Part shown: one piece after another, positions 28,501 through 39,978 of the stretch
Numbering within the stretch: position 1 is the first letter of the stretch
Layout of the letters: each line of letters opens with the position of its first letter
Assembly: GCA_020137815.1 (NCBI GenBank)
Contig: CM035356.1
Location: 7,130,001 to 7,194,000 of the forward strand
DNA: 64,000 bases
Source: Hormiphora californensis
Taxonomy: Eukaryota > Animalia > Ctenophora
Direction of reading: 5' to 3'
Position numbers and translations under genes: made by a program
The notes under the pieces: model-generated
What the model saw: only the letters and a program-made list of their open reading frames with translations
What the model was told of the DNA's origin: nothing
The model's database searches: none

Positions 28501-31500
28501 ATTTGTAACCATATTGGTTTCCCTTGTTTCCAGCTTGTCAACACGGTGCCGGAACCACTCCATGCATTTGACTGGTTGTGTAACTGTGTGAATAGGAAGG
28601 ACGGATAGTAACGTAAATCCTTGTAATAAATCATTATTTGTCATCATGGCCCACAGCTCATAAAATACTATTGGGTTAGGTATTATATCCCCAGCTATCT
28701 TACTATAACAACCTCTCAAGTCTTTCCCTTCCCTCCTTCTCATTTATTATCCCCTTCCCTCTCGTTTACTCACGAGTACTATCCCCTCCCCTATCGTTTA
28801 CTCTCGAGCACTAACACCTCCCTATCGTTTACTCTCGAGCACTATCCCCTCCCGCTCATTTACTCACGAGCACTATCCCCTCCCGCTCATTTACTCACGA
28901 GCACTGTCTGAGTATTCAGTGAGCCGTGCAATCATTCCATCGGCCATAAGATACTCTGCAAATATCTCATACTTCGCCTGCTTGTACAGCACTGTCTTTT
29001 TTCCCTGGGGGCACCGTCTCTGCAAATCTGAGGAGGTTCGACTCTGAATTCTCAGCTGTTTTGGAAAGAATTTTTATATTTTTGGTTGCCTTGCTTGACC
29101 CTGTTTCACCACGCCCCGCTCTTTTTATTTTATTAACAATTGTAAAGGAGGGTTAGAACATAACTCATTTTTGGTGCTCAAACCCACCTTCTAAAGGCAG
29201 CACGATCTCCTCGACCCAGGAGGTTGGCATGCTCGTTTCCTCCTCCGCTTCCTCCTCTTCTTCCTCAAGGGGCGCCATGTCAAAATCCTCCTCCCCCGGG
29301 AGAGCCAGCAAGGGTTTCTCATTGTGGGGGAACATGAACTCCCACCGCGCAATGTCACCCAGATCAAAACTCATCTCCTAAAGGAGGTTATATGTGAGGT
29401 TATAGGTGATGTTGTAGGCTAGGCTGTAGGCGAGATTTCATTGGTGAGGTTATACACCTCAGGTGAGGTTATATGAGAGATTTTAGTGAGGTTATATAGT
29501 TAATTTCCCAGTACGAATGTTTAGATGGGATGGGAGGGGTAAATGGAATAAACTTCTTCTTCCGACCCTTGAAAATATACGTACGGAAATTCCGTGAGAG
29601 CAGTCCTGCATGTTAACCCAGTAGTTTGTAGAATTCCAAAGACTCTCAATTCCAAGATAGTCGCCAACCTCAACACTAGTCCCCGTACTGGGCTCAATGA
29701 AGAAGTTCTCCGGTACCTGGGGGATTACATCTGATGGTTATATTCCTGATTTAAAACTAAATAACAGAACAAAGAATATGTGTTGTGTATTAGGGGTGAA
29801 AAGATTCAAGAGGTTTATAGGCAAGACAACTTTTTCTGTATAATAATCTCAACGCTTCATAATATATATGTAGTTTATAAAACGCGACACCGCGACATCT
29901 ACGATCACGTGACCGAATTTCGTTGTGAATTGTATTGAAAGTAGTAGTGTAGTGTCAGTACTGCTAAAAAATCAGGACCTGGAAACCGACATGAGTTTCC
30001 AATTTTGTAACTGGCCCCTAAATGCTCTACTACCTCAATCAAGCTTGTCCAATTCTGTTTCTGTCCACTCTCACTTTAATCGTTATGCATTCATCAACTT
30101 TGTAAATGTGAGGAAACCCGAGATCCAAGGGTTGACTGCATAATAATCTCAACGCTTCAAAAATCATAATATTTTATAAATATCTTGTGATTTTAAGGTC
30201 AAGTTGTAGGGATATTTATATTAAAAAGGGGCAATCTTTTCTACAAAAAAATCAATCAAGTTGAAGCGGACTGCATCTTTGACGTCGTGGGCGACGCTTT
30301 GGGTGGCGCCCTGTGTGAGTGGCTAATATGACGGAGCTGTGGAGCTCCACTGTAAAATATATTTCTTGGGGAGGTGTCATTTTGTAGAAAAGATTGCCCC
30401 TTTGTGTTTGATATAAATATCCCCACAACTTGATATATTGACCTTAAAATCACAATAGATTTATAAAATATTATGATTTTTGAAGCGTTGAGATTATGCA
30501 GTTATATACCCTGCTAACTTAAATAACCCGCCAGTCCCACTAGCGCGCTCTCAATAAACAGCCAGTCCAGCGGCAGATTATTTCCCACTGGCAGGTTATT
30601 TATTTTGAACATTCAAAGTGTGTGTAAATGATCAGTTCTTACTAAAATACAGAGGGAACACTATGTGCACCACTTACACACTACATTGGAGAGAAAGAAA
30701 GGACACATTCCGTCAATTACTCTCTCTTTATCTTCCCTTTTGTCTCACTATCTCTTCCTCTGTGTTATGTGTGACATGCCCCTTATCAGGCTATTTCTTT
30801 CACTCTCTTTCCTTAGCAACTGCTTAGTAACTGTTACCAAACAGTGTACACTCAATTGTGAGGTGTTTTAACTATTTCTCAGTCCTCTTTGAGTGTTTTG
30901 ATTAGTGTTCTCTCTCTTGTTGGTGTGTAATACTTGAAATAAACAACTAAAGCAGGGTATATAACCTATAAACTCTGACCACTGGCACGTTATAGGTTTA
31001 AACCCCTCCGCCTCTCCCTCGGCTCCGCCTCGGGATCGTCGTCGTGATTTAAACCAGTTTATCCGCCAGCGGCGGATAAACTTCAGCTAACTTCTCCCAG
31101 CGGCGCGCTGGGAGAAAGTTATCTGAAATAACGCGCCAGTGGCCAGAGTTTATACCTCATATATGTAATTTTTGTAGTCAACCCTCGGACCTTGGTTTCC
31201 GTCTTTTCTCTCTTTTTAACGGACTGCAGAGTTGTTGACATCAAAGGTTGGGAGGTATCTCAAACTTTTCGACTACCGTAGTCATTCGAATTTTAACGAA
31301 CTTTGAGCGTTTCGTCAGAGTTTGTTTTTTTTGTCTTGGGTTTTGATATATTATTTCGTAATAGGCGGTCTACCGATATATTCTCATCACTGGGATTATT
31401 CTACTGTTTATGACAGTGTGCTATTTCATTCATTAACATATTTACAGGAACATGTTCCTTACAATGATTGGGCTCATACTATTTTCAACAGTCGGGTCAA

Positions 31501-34500
31501 GTTCTCTCTGGCCGATAGGAAACACAACCAAGATTCCCCTCGTTAAAAATCTAGGACCCCCAAACAATAAAGAACCTATACCTGACCAAGATGCCTCTGA
31601 AGACGTAAAACTTTGTCCCATCGCTGATGATCATGGATTCCTAGCCCGCATTTGCAACGAGGAGGACTATCGGAATAAGCGTACGGGCATCTTCCAATGT
31701 GCCACTTCACCCAATGTGACCTATACGAAACGGGGAGTCTTTGACATTCGGACACGTATACTTACAGATGAGTATTCTGAGCGCTGTCCAAATGATATTG
31801 CTATGTATCAGGCATGTGGAAAAACAGACAAAGGCAGTTTTATTGGTATGAATCTCGTGGAAATGTTCGACCAGCCGCCCGTCTGTGGAGTTGTCTGTTT
31901 CGATGGCTTTAGAGGTAACTTAATTCAAAAAGACAATCAGGTATGTGGAGATATAACTGTGGGCACTATGCATCATTCTCTCACTCTACAGGATGGACGT
32001 ATTGTCCTGATCGCCTTGAAATCTGGAGGGGTTTGTGACGGGATATGTGACGAAATCTGGAGAAGCAAGGGTCTCACACCAAACCCTAGTTTGACATGTG
32101 TCGAGGAGCGGGATTGTGGAGGGGGAATCATCTATGGAATTATCTCCAAAGATTTGGTTTTCATGCCTTTCCAAGGAATGCCGGAAAAGGGAACCGCCCC
32201 TCCTTGGGATCAAGATGCACCACTTTGTAAAGCAACATCATCCCCTGCAGAGGTATACGGCAGTGATTTTCCCTTGTATGACGGTTCAAGATGTTTTTTA
32301 ACAATTAATGGTCGAAACGATGACAAAGAGTACTCTAGCTCAAGGTCTACCTATTGCGTTCATACTGGAATGGACCAAACTAATTGCACTGATCCAGCCA
32401 AGGTTGGGGGCAGCTGTCTGGTGAGAGGTTATCCGAGCACAATTTCCATCTATGTGATCTGTGATGGCAATAAACCTATTATACAATTATGCGATGATGG
32501 AATAGAGTTGAAATGTATCAGGGTTGGGCGACATTGTTTAATTCATAAGCATAAGCTTTGTGATGGTACGGAGGATTGTGCTGGTGGTATGGATGAGAGT
32601 AAAATTTGGTGTGGGCCTGGAAAAATTACCACTCACACTTGTCAGAGACGGTTTGGGAAGATTTCTCGAGTTCCGGTGGATTGGATCCAAGATGGAGTTG
32701 TAGATTGTGAGAACGGCGTGGATGAGAAAGATAATTGGGAAATGTGCGGTAATGGCACCACTCTGAGGATTAAGGTGGATACGGCACCATGCTCTAACGT
32801 ATTTTTGTGTCATGGAGACCATTCAGAATTCCTAGAAACTTCCACCATGTGCTCTTCGACCCAGACGTGCGACAAGCGGGTCTGTCAGAGCGCAAGAAGA
32901 ACGGTTACTGTAAAGAAAGCCCTTTTCCAATCTTCAACTGCTAAAACATTTGGGAAAGAATATCTGGTTGGAAATGTATGCAACAAAGGTTTATCCTCGG
33001 TGGTCCTTCAAATGAAGGAGGTATGTCATCTCCGAAAATTCAACCATTCATTTCACCAATTCTTCGGTAAAAACCTCACTACAGCCCTTGCCACTTTGTC
33101 CCGAAAGCAAGATTGTAGATTCTTTTACGGTGAGGCGTATGTCTTTCACAGCTGTACTGGACAATGTACAAATGCCGAATGCCCTTTGAAAAGACCGGTG
33201 CTGCATAACTCATGTTACAATCTCCCAATTGCAGTTTACTCACTTAACACGGAGTTAAGTGTTGTGACATCTGTTTTCCGGCAAAAAACTGCATTTCATA
33301 ATAACGTGTTTGTGTGCAAAAATAGGAGATGTATTCTGTTTGAGAGAGTGTGTGATCTGGTTGATGACTGCGGGGATAGGTCTGATGAGGATGCCGGGTG
33401 TGCCAATAACTTTCAGTGTACTGATAACTCCTCGTTCTTACCTCTGAGCCAGAAATGCGATGGAAAAACTGATTGTAAGGACTTCTCTGATGAGTGCAAT
33501 AGTAGCTGCAGCAGGAAGGCAATTGAAAATCCTACAATAGCTGTGATAGCATTTATCATGGGAGTCTTGGGACTTTTAATAGGACTTACAGCCTTCGTGA
33601 AGACATCTCTCCAGAAACTCCCAGAAAAAAGTGGGGCATTTGTGAACCAAATCTTTGTTCTTGCAATATCCTTCGGAGATCTTTTAACTCCCTGCTATCT
33701 ACTATTCTTAACAGTTTTGCATTGGACAAAAAACACAGACTTCTGTGTTAAGCGATTGGAGTGGATGAGTGGACGGTCTTGCAACTTCATAGGTGTACTA
33801 AACACGGTTGGAGCGACAGTTTCCTCCTTAGCCATGGCGAGTATTAGCGTCTACCGACTTTATGGAACAAGAAGAGCACTCAATTATAGACAGTCAGGCG
33901 AAGTCACGAAGGAGCTACGACAAAAAGTTTGCTTATGCCTAATGTTCATTGTGCTCATTGCTCTCGCGTTTGCGTTAGTGCCTCTTTTGGGGGCTTTGGA
34001 AGATTGGTTTGTCAACGGTCTTGTGTTTCCAAGAGAGATAGTACTTTTCCTTGGTACGGTGGATAAGACACAGTTTCTGCAGATTGCCTATGGCTATTAC
34101 GGGGCAAGATACACTGAACGTTCTCGACGGGAGGCCGCCATTTCCTGGAGTACAATTCAGGGAATTACTGCGGAAATGTTTTCTGCAGATTATGGCGCTG
34201 TTTCTGGTAAAAAGGTGTCATTTTACGGTAATGATCCAGTGTGTATGTTTAAGTTTTTTGTCCTCTCCGATGATCCACAAGTTGTTTTTGTCTGGTTCTA
34301 CATCAGTCTTCACTTCCTCTGCTTTGTATGCGTTGCGGTGTGTCATATCCTAATTCTGGTTTTGTCCATTGAAGCGGCAGTTCCTGGGACGGATCGAAGT
34401 AACAACAGTAGACTCGGTCGTAAAGTCACTTTGGTGTGCGTAACAGACTTTTGTTGTTGGCTACCCTTTTTGATCTGTTGTGCTCTTCACACGGCCGAGG

Positions 34501-37500
34501 TTGTGGATATGTCACCGTGGTACCAGGTCTTCTCCCTAAATATTCTTCCCATTAACTCTGTACTAAACCCAATTTTGTACAGTGATGTACTGACTAAAGT
34601 GTTTGATGAGGTAAGACCTGTCATGGGCAGAATTCTGGCCACCTTGAATTCTTGGCGATCGATCTTTGGTTTGCTACGTGGAGCGCCAGTCAGACCCGAG
34701 GAACCTGATCAAATACCTGCCAATACTTCTCACCAAGAAAACACTACTCATGCCCCTGCAGATCTAAGCGTACCAGAGGATAAGCCAGAAGAGCAATTGG
34801 AAGTTGCTGATAAGACATTGAATTGTAGATTGAAGATGAAATGCTACAGTTGCAATGATATGATGCCTACCAGAGTCATGACTCAAGAAACTGCTTTTGT
34901 TTCGGATGAAATAACTGTGACTGATCACAGGTCACGAAGAAGTATCAACTTGACTTGGAAGTGAGGGAGAACATTTAGAGCTTTTTGTTTACGATCTTAC
35001 GTTTCAAATGTTTTCCATCACAATGATCTCCTGCGTGTGGGCACGGCGTGCCTGGTGAAATTTTAACACGACCTAGCATGCGACGGGAAACCACCACTTG
35101 TACGTGGTAGCTGAGGGTCTACAGAATGGCGCTACGGTGCGGGATAAAAAAATCCATTCCCTAAAATCTTTTTTTTTACTTTTATTTGATTTGGGTCAAA
35201 ATTGGCTATATTAAACGTGGTCCCGAAAAATCCATAATGACTTAGCACACGAAATATGTCACCCCCACCTATTTTTGCACGTAGAATCGATTGCCGTTGA
35301 AGTCGAATCTCTAAAATGACTGTAAAATGGTCAAAAGTTGATTTTTTACCATTTTTTGGAGGTTTTTGGCCCCTAAACCATTGAAAACGTTGAGATAGGA
35401 ATTTGAAACTAGTGCCAATCGTTAAAATGGTCTTTTTTCTACCAAGAACCAAGTTTTCGTGTATATCCGATTTATGGTTAGATTTGGGCAAATTGTTGAA
35501 ATCTGCCAACTAGGAGAACCGTAACTTGATTTTCTTGTTTTTTGGATTTTGGCATTTTTGACAAACTTCTGATTGAAATGGTCAATCGGGACCATGCTTA
35601 AGTTGTTTATGGGACAATTTTCGACTAAAATCCAAGATTTCATACCAATCCAATAACAGATCGTTGATTTATAGAAAATTTAAGTAGGCAAAACGGTCAA
35701 AATAAGCAAGAAAAGTTGTCATTTTGACCGTTTTGCCTACTTAATTTTTCTATAAATCAACGATCTGTTATTGGATTGGTATGAAATCTTGGATTTCGAA
35801 AATTGTCCCATAAACAACTTAAGCATGGTCCCGATTGACCATTTCAATCAGAAGTTTGTCAAAAATGCCAAAATCCAAAAAACAAGAAAATCAAGTTACG
35901 GTTCTCCTAGTTGGCAGATTTCAACAATTTGCCCAAATCTAACCATAAATCGGATATACACGAAAACTTGGTTCTTGGTAGAAAAATGACCATTTTATCG
36001 ATTGGCACTAGTTTCAAATTCCTATCTCAACGTTTTCAATGGTTTAGGGGCCAAAAACCTCCAAAAAATGGTAAAAAATCAACTTTTGACCATTTTACAG
36101 TCATTTTAGAGATTCGACTTCAACGGCAATCGATTCTACGTGCAAAAATAGGTGGGGGTGACATATTTCGTGTGCTAAGTCATTATGGATTTTTCGGGAC
36201 CACGTTTAATATAGCCAATTTTGACCCAAATCAAATAAAAGTAAAAAAAAAGATTTTAGGGAATGGATTTTTTTATCCCGCACCGTAGCGCCAATCTGTA
36301 GACCCTCAGCTACCACGTACAAGTGGTGGTTTCCCGTCGCATGCTAGGTCGTGTTAAAATTTCACCAGGCACGCCGTGTGGGCTTTTATCAATAATAATA
36401 TTGACCAAACATGAAGCTGTGATTATTTTAATATTGTGTTCTTGCTTTTTCTTCAACCAAACTCTAAGTTGTTTTTGTTTTTAATAACAGTCTTTTGTCA
36501 CACTGAACATGGGGCAAATTTAGCTTATTTCTTCCGTCTCCGTCAAACAGCACGAGTGAACTGAGAAGAAAAACTATTTGATTTGCAGTCCGAATTCCAG
36601 TAAAACTAACGAACCAACAAAGATAATATTTTCTCACCTCTCGTTTTCCAGCAAGAACAAGAACCCAGCAATGAACCCTCATCCCATAAAGCTCATCTGG
36701 GGCAGGTTTCTCCAATTCGGCAATCTTCCCCAGCTCTATATCTTTTATCCTTTGTTCCTCATCAAGCCTCTCCTGAACCTTTCTTTCCTCCATCTGATGA
36801 GAGAAAGTGGTAGAATTACCAGTTTCCTTTTGAAAGAAATTCAACAGATTTCGTTATATAACTTATAAGTTAGCCCAAAATATGGAGGGCAATATATCAC
36901 ATTACCTTGATGAGATATTTACTGCGGAGATCCCGAGGTGGTTTCACATCGTATTTGCTCTCTTTAGTTTTCCCCGCCTCCTTTACAACCGCATCACCTT
37001 TCTTTAGAAGGGGACACTCGCTCCTACTCTGATCCATTAGAGTCACCTGTTGGAGAAGTCAGTGATTATCATGAATTAAATTGGATGGTTTTAAAAATAT
37101 GGGAGATTTTATGATGGATTGAACCCAGCGAGTTACACTGTTAACATAAAATTACCCAAAAACAGGAATGTTACCTCTCTGGCGGCATACCCACAAACAC
37201 AGTATGCATCATAGCCAGCACCCAACAACAGGGAACAGAGCAGAGTAGAGAAATCGAAACAGTTGCCCTTCTGTTGAGCTAGAACTTCCGTAGGAGAACT
37301 CAGAACTTCTGGCTGAGGAGAGAGAGAGGGTGGTAAGTTGATAGTTAGGTGTAGATTCTAACCCATCCTCCACCCCCAAATACACAGACCATCCCCAACT
37401 CCATACCAGCTCATTTGGACACTCCAGAGGTGTATAGGTTAGGTAGTCGCTGACAAACTGGGCGCAACCATCCCAATCATACAGCTCCTTATATGGTAGT

Positions 37501-37838
37501 AGTGTCGGCCGGAGTGTCGTGCACACTATTTTCTGGATGGGGATAACACCGTGTTTAGAGGATGTATCTAAAGATTTTGATAGTTTTGTTCAGGATAGAT
37601 AAAATAGAAATTAACACTGCCATGTTACCTCAATATTATGTTCGTTTGGTGGTGATAGGAATAGCGGCTTTCTATCTCTGTAGAGGTGAACAAACTGACG
37701 TCGGAAATTTTCCGCATACCCTAAAATCTCAACCTCTTTGTTGTCGTTGGAGGTGTAGGAAGCCGGTGGAGTTTTTGTGACCTTGACAACGGGTTTTGTT
37801 ACTTTGATGTTCGACAACTCCTTGTTCAAATCGTCCAT
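25545..37838 (-). CDS. DRC7: Dynein regulatory complex subunit 7 (CCDC135), ~808 aa, 17 exons
   Basis: Exons 37838-37629, 37532-37407, 37312-37175, 37046-36906, 36793-36638, 29716-29585, 29377-29188, 29027-28899, 28583-28391, 28275-28119, 27632-27522, 27361-27260, 27149-27039, 26740-26630, 26475-26281, 26109-25970, 25629-25545; all GT-AG and in phase. Diagnostic peptides YAENFRRQFVHLYRDRKPLFL, CTTLRPTLLPYKELYDWDGCAQFVSD, QKGNCFDFSTLLCSLLLGAGYDAYCV, RVHCWVLVLAGKRE, DYLAPFL, RHKELAPQKY. Confidence 0.96.
25798..25948 (+). repeat. Short T-shaped hairpin repeat, copy 2, in the last DRC7 intron
   Basis: Termini ctagttaact-attggtgacgc / gcgtcaccaa-agttaactag; internal hairpins agcccgcttcgcgggct and gtgcgctatgcgcgc. 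Confidence 0.75.
30136..30502. mobile_element. Palindromic MITE-like element (~115-bp imperfect arms) in DRC7 intron 5
   Basis: actgcataataatctcaacgcttcaaaaatcataatattttataaat... is mirrored by ...atttataaaatattatgatttttgaagcgttgagattatgcagt. A further ataatctcaacgcttca copy lies at ~29843. Confidence 0.7.
30501..31154 (-). mobile_element. Structured bipartite repeat, copy B (opposite orientation to copy A)
   Basis: IR gttatataccctgct 30501-30515 pairs with 30951-30965. Closing stem 30967-30993/31128-31154 encloses three hairpins, one containing ctcggctccgcctcgg. Confidence 0.7.
31452..34964 (+). CDS. Single-exon rhodopsin-class GPCR with a large Cys-rich/LDLa-repeat ectodomain (GRL101/RXFP-like 7TM, no LRRs seen), nested antisense in DRC7 intron 5
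   Basis: 1170-aa ORF with a signal peptide; LDLa-type repeats (CDGTEDCAGGMDE, DGVVDCENGVDE, CDLVDDCGDRSDE, CDGKTDCKDFSDEC); 7TM motifs AISFGDLL, SISVYRL, TDFCCWLPF, ILPINSVLNPILYS. Confidence 0.93.
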   Translation: MFLTMIGLILFSTVGSSSLWPIGNTTKIPLVKNLGPPNNKEPIPDQDASEDVKLCPIADDHGFLARICNEEDYRNKRTGIFQCATSPNVTYTKRGVFDIRTRILTDEYSERCPNDIAMYQACGKTDKGSFIGMNLVEMFDQPPVCGVVCFDGFRGNLIQKDNQVCGDITVGTMHHSLTLQDGRIVLIALKSGGVCDGICDEIWRSKGLTPNPSLTCVEERDCGGGIIYGIISKDLVFMPFQGMPEKGTAPPWDQDAPLCKATSSPAEVYGSDFPLYDGSRCFLTINGRNDDKEYSSSRSTYCVHTGMDQTNCTDPAKVGGSCLVRGYPSTISIYVICDGNKPIIQLCDDGIELKCIRVGRHCLIHKHKLCDGTEDCAGGMDESKIWCGPGKITTHTCQRRFGKISRVPVDWIQDGVVDCENGVDEKDNWEMCGNGTTLRIKVDTAPCSNVFLCHGDHSEFLETSTMCSSTQTCDKRVCQSARRTVTVKKALFQSSTAKTFGKEYLVGNVCNKGLSSVVLQMKEVCHLRKFNHSFHQFFGKNLTTALATLSRKQDCRFFYGEAYVFHSCTGQCTNAECPLKRPVLHNSCYNLPIAVYSLNTELSVVTSVFRQKTAFHNNVFVCKNRRCILFERVCDLVDDCGDRSDEDAGCANNFQCTDNSSFLPLSQKCDGKTDCKDFSDECNSSCSRKAIENPTIAVIAFIMGVLGLLIGLTAFVKTSLQKLPEKSGAFVNQIFVLAISFGDLLTPCYLLFLTVLHWTKNTDFCVKRLEWMSGRSCNFIGVLNTVGATVSSLAMASISVYRLYGTRRALNYRQSGEVTKELRQKVCLCLMFIVLIALAFALVPLLGALEDWFVNGLVFPREIVLFLGTVDKTQFLQIAYGYYGARYTERSRREAAISWSTIQGITAEMFSADYGAVSGKKVSFYGNDPVCMFKFFVLSDDPQVVFVWFYISLHFLCFVCVAVCHILILVLSIEAAVPGTDRSNNSRLGRKVTLVCVTDFCCWLPFLICCALHTAEVVDMSPWYQVFSLNILPINSVLNPILYSDVLTKVFDEVRPVMGRILATLNSWRSIFGLLRGAPVRPEEPDQIPANTSHQENTTHAPADLSVPEDKPEEQLEVADKTLNCRLKMKCYSCNDMMPTRVMTQETAFVSDEITVTDHRSRRSINLTWK
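35042..36378. mobile_element. 1.34-kb near-perfect palindromic element with CAC...GTG termini and a 4-bp TSD (CMC/Chapaev-like)
   Basis: Arms 35042-35703 and 35721-36378 around a 17-nt spacer. TSD TGGG at 35038-35041 and 36379-36382. Mirror ORFs 35132-35509(-) and 35911-36288(+) differ by two residues. Confidence 0.9.
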
Positions 37839-37910
37839 GCTGGCTAGAAATATTATTCCAGTTATTTAGAGGGATACCTAAACAAAATTACTTACACACA
37901 AACGAAAATA

Positions 37911-39591
37911 TTCGGGGCCTGGCAAGGCCCCCCGACCCGAATATAACCCAAACTCAACCCATCCCCCCTAAAACATCCCCCCTAACACTAAAACAACGGG
38001 GCCGAGCCGACAGGCCCTTAATACCAGATGAAAAAAAAACCATAAAACCATTCGGGGCCTGGTAAGGCCCCCCGACCCGAATATAACCCAAACTCAACCC
38101 ATCCCCCCTAAAACATCCCCCCTAAAACTAAAACAACGGGGCCGAGCCGACAGGCCCTTAATACCAGATGAAAAAAAAACCATAAAACCATAACCATAAA
38201 CCATAACCATAGATATTTTTAGAGTGAAAGTTTTGAAGCCCCCTGAAGTAGTAGAGAGGTGTTCTATGGCTCGTTGGAAAGGTCTCGAGGTCCCGCGACG
38301 TATAGGGGGTGTGGCGATGGCCATACCCAAACCCATAAGGTGTAGGACGCGAAAAACAGTCAAAATAAGGGGTATACAGAACTCGGCAATTAGAAGGAGT
38401 AGAAAGGTGTTCTAGGGTGCGTTCGAAAGATCTCGAGGTGCTGAAGTAATTGGAATGTAATTGGAAGTAATTACATGTAATTAAAATGTAATTACATGTA
38501 ATTAAAGGGTAATTACATGTAATTAAAATGTCTAAATGACCCAGAATGATAATTTAAACATATTTTGACATATTTGGAGGCCCTGAAATCAGCGGGTGGC
38601 CAAATTTAATCCGGTTTCGGGTCGGCTGACGTAAAAACTCCGCGTTTTGGTCGAGGTAAAACCATAACCATAAACCATAGATATTTTTAGAGTGAAAGTT
38701 TTGAAGCCCCCTGAAGTAGTAGAGAGGTGTTCTATGGCTCGTTGGAAAGGTCTCGAGGTCCCGCGACGTATAGGGGGTGTGGCGATGGCCATACCCAAAC
38801 CTATAAGGGGTAGGACGCGAAAAACAGTCAAAATAAGGGGTATGCAGATCTCGGCAATTAGAAGGAGTGGAAAGGTGTTCTAGGGTGCGTTCGAAAGCTC
38901 TCGAGGTGCTGAAGTAATTGGAATGTAATTGGAAGTAATTACATGTAATTAAAATGTAATTACATGTAATTAAAGGGTAATTACATGTAATTAAAAGGTC
39001 TAAATGACCCCAAATGACAATTTAGACATATTTTGACATATTTGGAGGCTCTGAGACCAGCGGGTGGCCAAATTTAATCAGGTTTCGGGTCGGCTGACGT
39101 AAAAACTCCGCGTTTTGGTCGAGGTAAACCATAAACCATAAAACCATAACCATAGATATTTTTAGAGTGAAAGTTTTGAAGCCCCCTGAAGTAGTAGAGA
39201 GGTGTTCTATGGCTCGTTGGAAAGGTCTCGAGGTCCCGCGACGTATAGGGGGTGTGGCGATGGCCATACCCAAACCTATAAGGGGTAGGACGCGAAAAAC
39301 AGTCAAAATAAGGGGTATACAGAACTCGGCAATTAGAAGGAGTAGAAAGGTGTTCTAGGGTGCGTTCGAAAGCTCTCGAGGTGCTGAAGTAATTGGAATG
39401 TAATTGAAAGTAATTACATGTAATTAAAATGTAATTATATGGTAATTACATGTAATTAAAAGGTCTAAATGACCCCAAATGATAATTTAAACATATTTTG
39501 ACGTATTTGGAGGCCCTGAGACCAGCGGGTGGCCAAATTTAATCCGGTTTCGGGTCGGCTGACGTAAAAACTCCGCGTTTTGGTCGAGGTA
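37911..39591 (-). mobile_element. Nested/tandem array of HINE-like elements upstream of the DRC7 start codon
   Basis: Two hairpin-bearing end modules (starting 37911 and 38051) and three ~470-bp core modules (ending ~38657, ~39126, ~39591), each joined at the (aaccat)n tract. Confidence 0.8.
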
Positions 39592-39934
39592 ATATTATGA
39601 TATTGTTAAAATAAATAAACCAAATATAATATACGTCAATATGTGTGTCAGCGTATAATAAAACTTCTATTTATATTCCTGCATGTCATATTCTCAACAA
39701 ATTCAGGGTCAGTCAATGTTATAGATAATTTGGCCTTGTTTGCTCAAATAAGTTACAAAATTAAGACTAAAGTGTTTCTTGGAAGCTGTTCCCCAACAAG
39801 TCCAGGTTACCTTCACAGTGCTGCTTGTAGTCGCATTACCGCAATGGAAATACAGTAATGAGACGCACATGTTGCATAACACGCGGCAAAAAGTGCATGT
39901 GTTCAGCAAGAACTAGCGCCCTGATTGGCCACGC

Positions 39935-39978
39935 GTAAGACGACACGCAACCGTGGCCACGGTTGCGTGTCGTCTTAC
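39935..39978. repeat. 44-bp perfect palindrome
   Basis: gtaagacgacacgcaaccgtgg|ccacggttgcgtgtcgtcttac. Confidence 0.95.

Noticed and set aside
27462-29162. Shared gttgccttgct(a/t)gaccctgtt...gagggttagaacat words in two DRC7 introns
   Set aside because: Real but short; cannot distinguish a decayed small repeat from a regulatory motif with two copies.
35132-36288. Pair of near-identical 125-aa ORFs on opposite strands
   Set aside because: Mirror images from the palindromic element; no recognisable domain.
38094-39358. Repeated 63-aa MKVLKPPEVVERC ORFs and their antisense ORFs (also at 24111-24378)
   Set aside because: They lie within the non-coding HINE-like repeat core.
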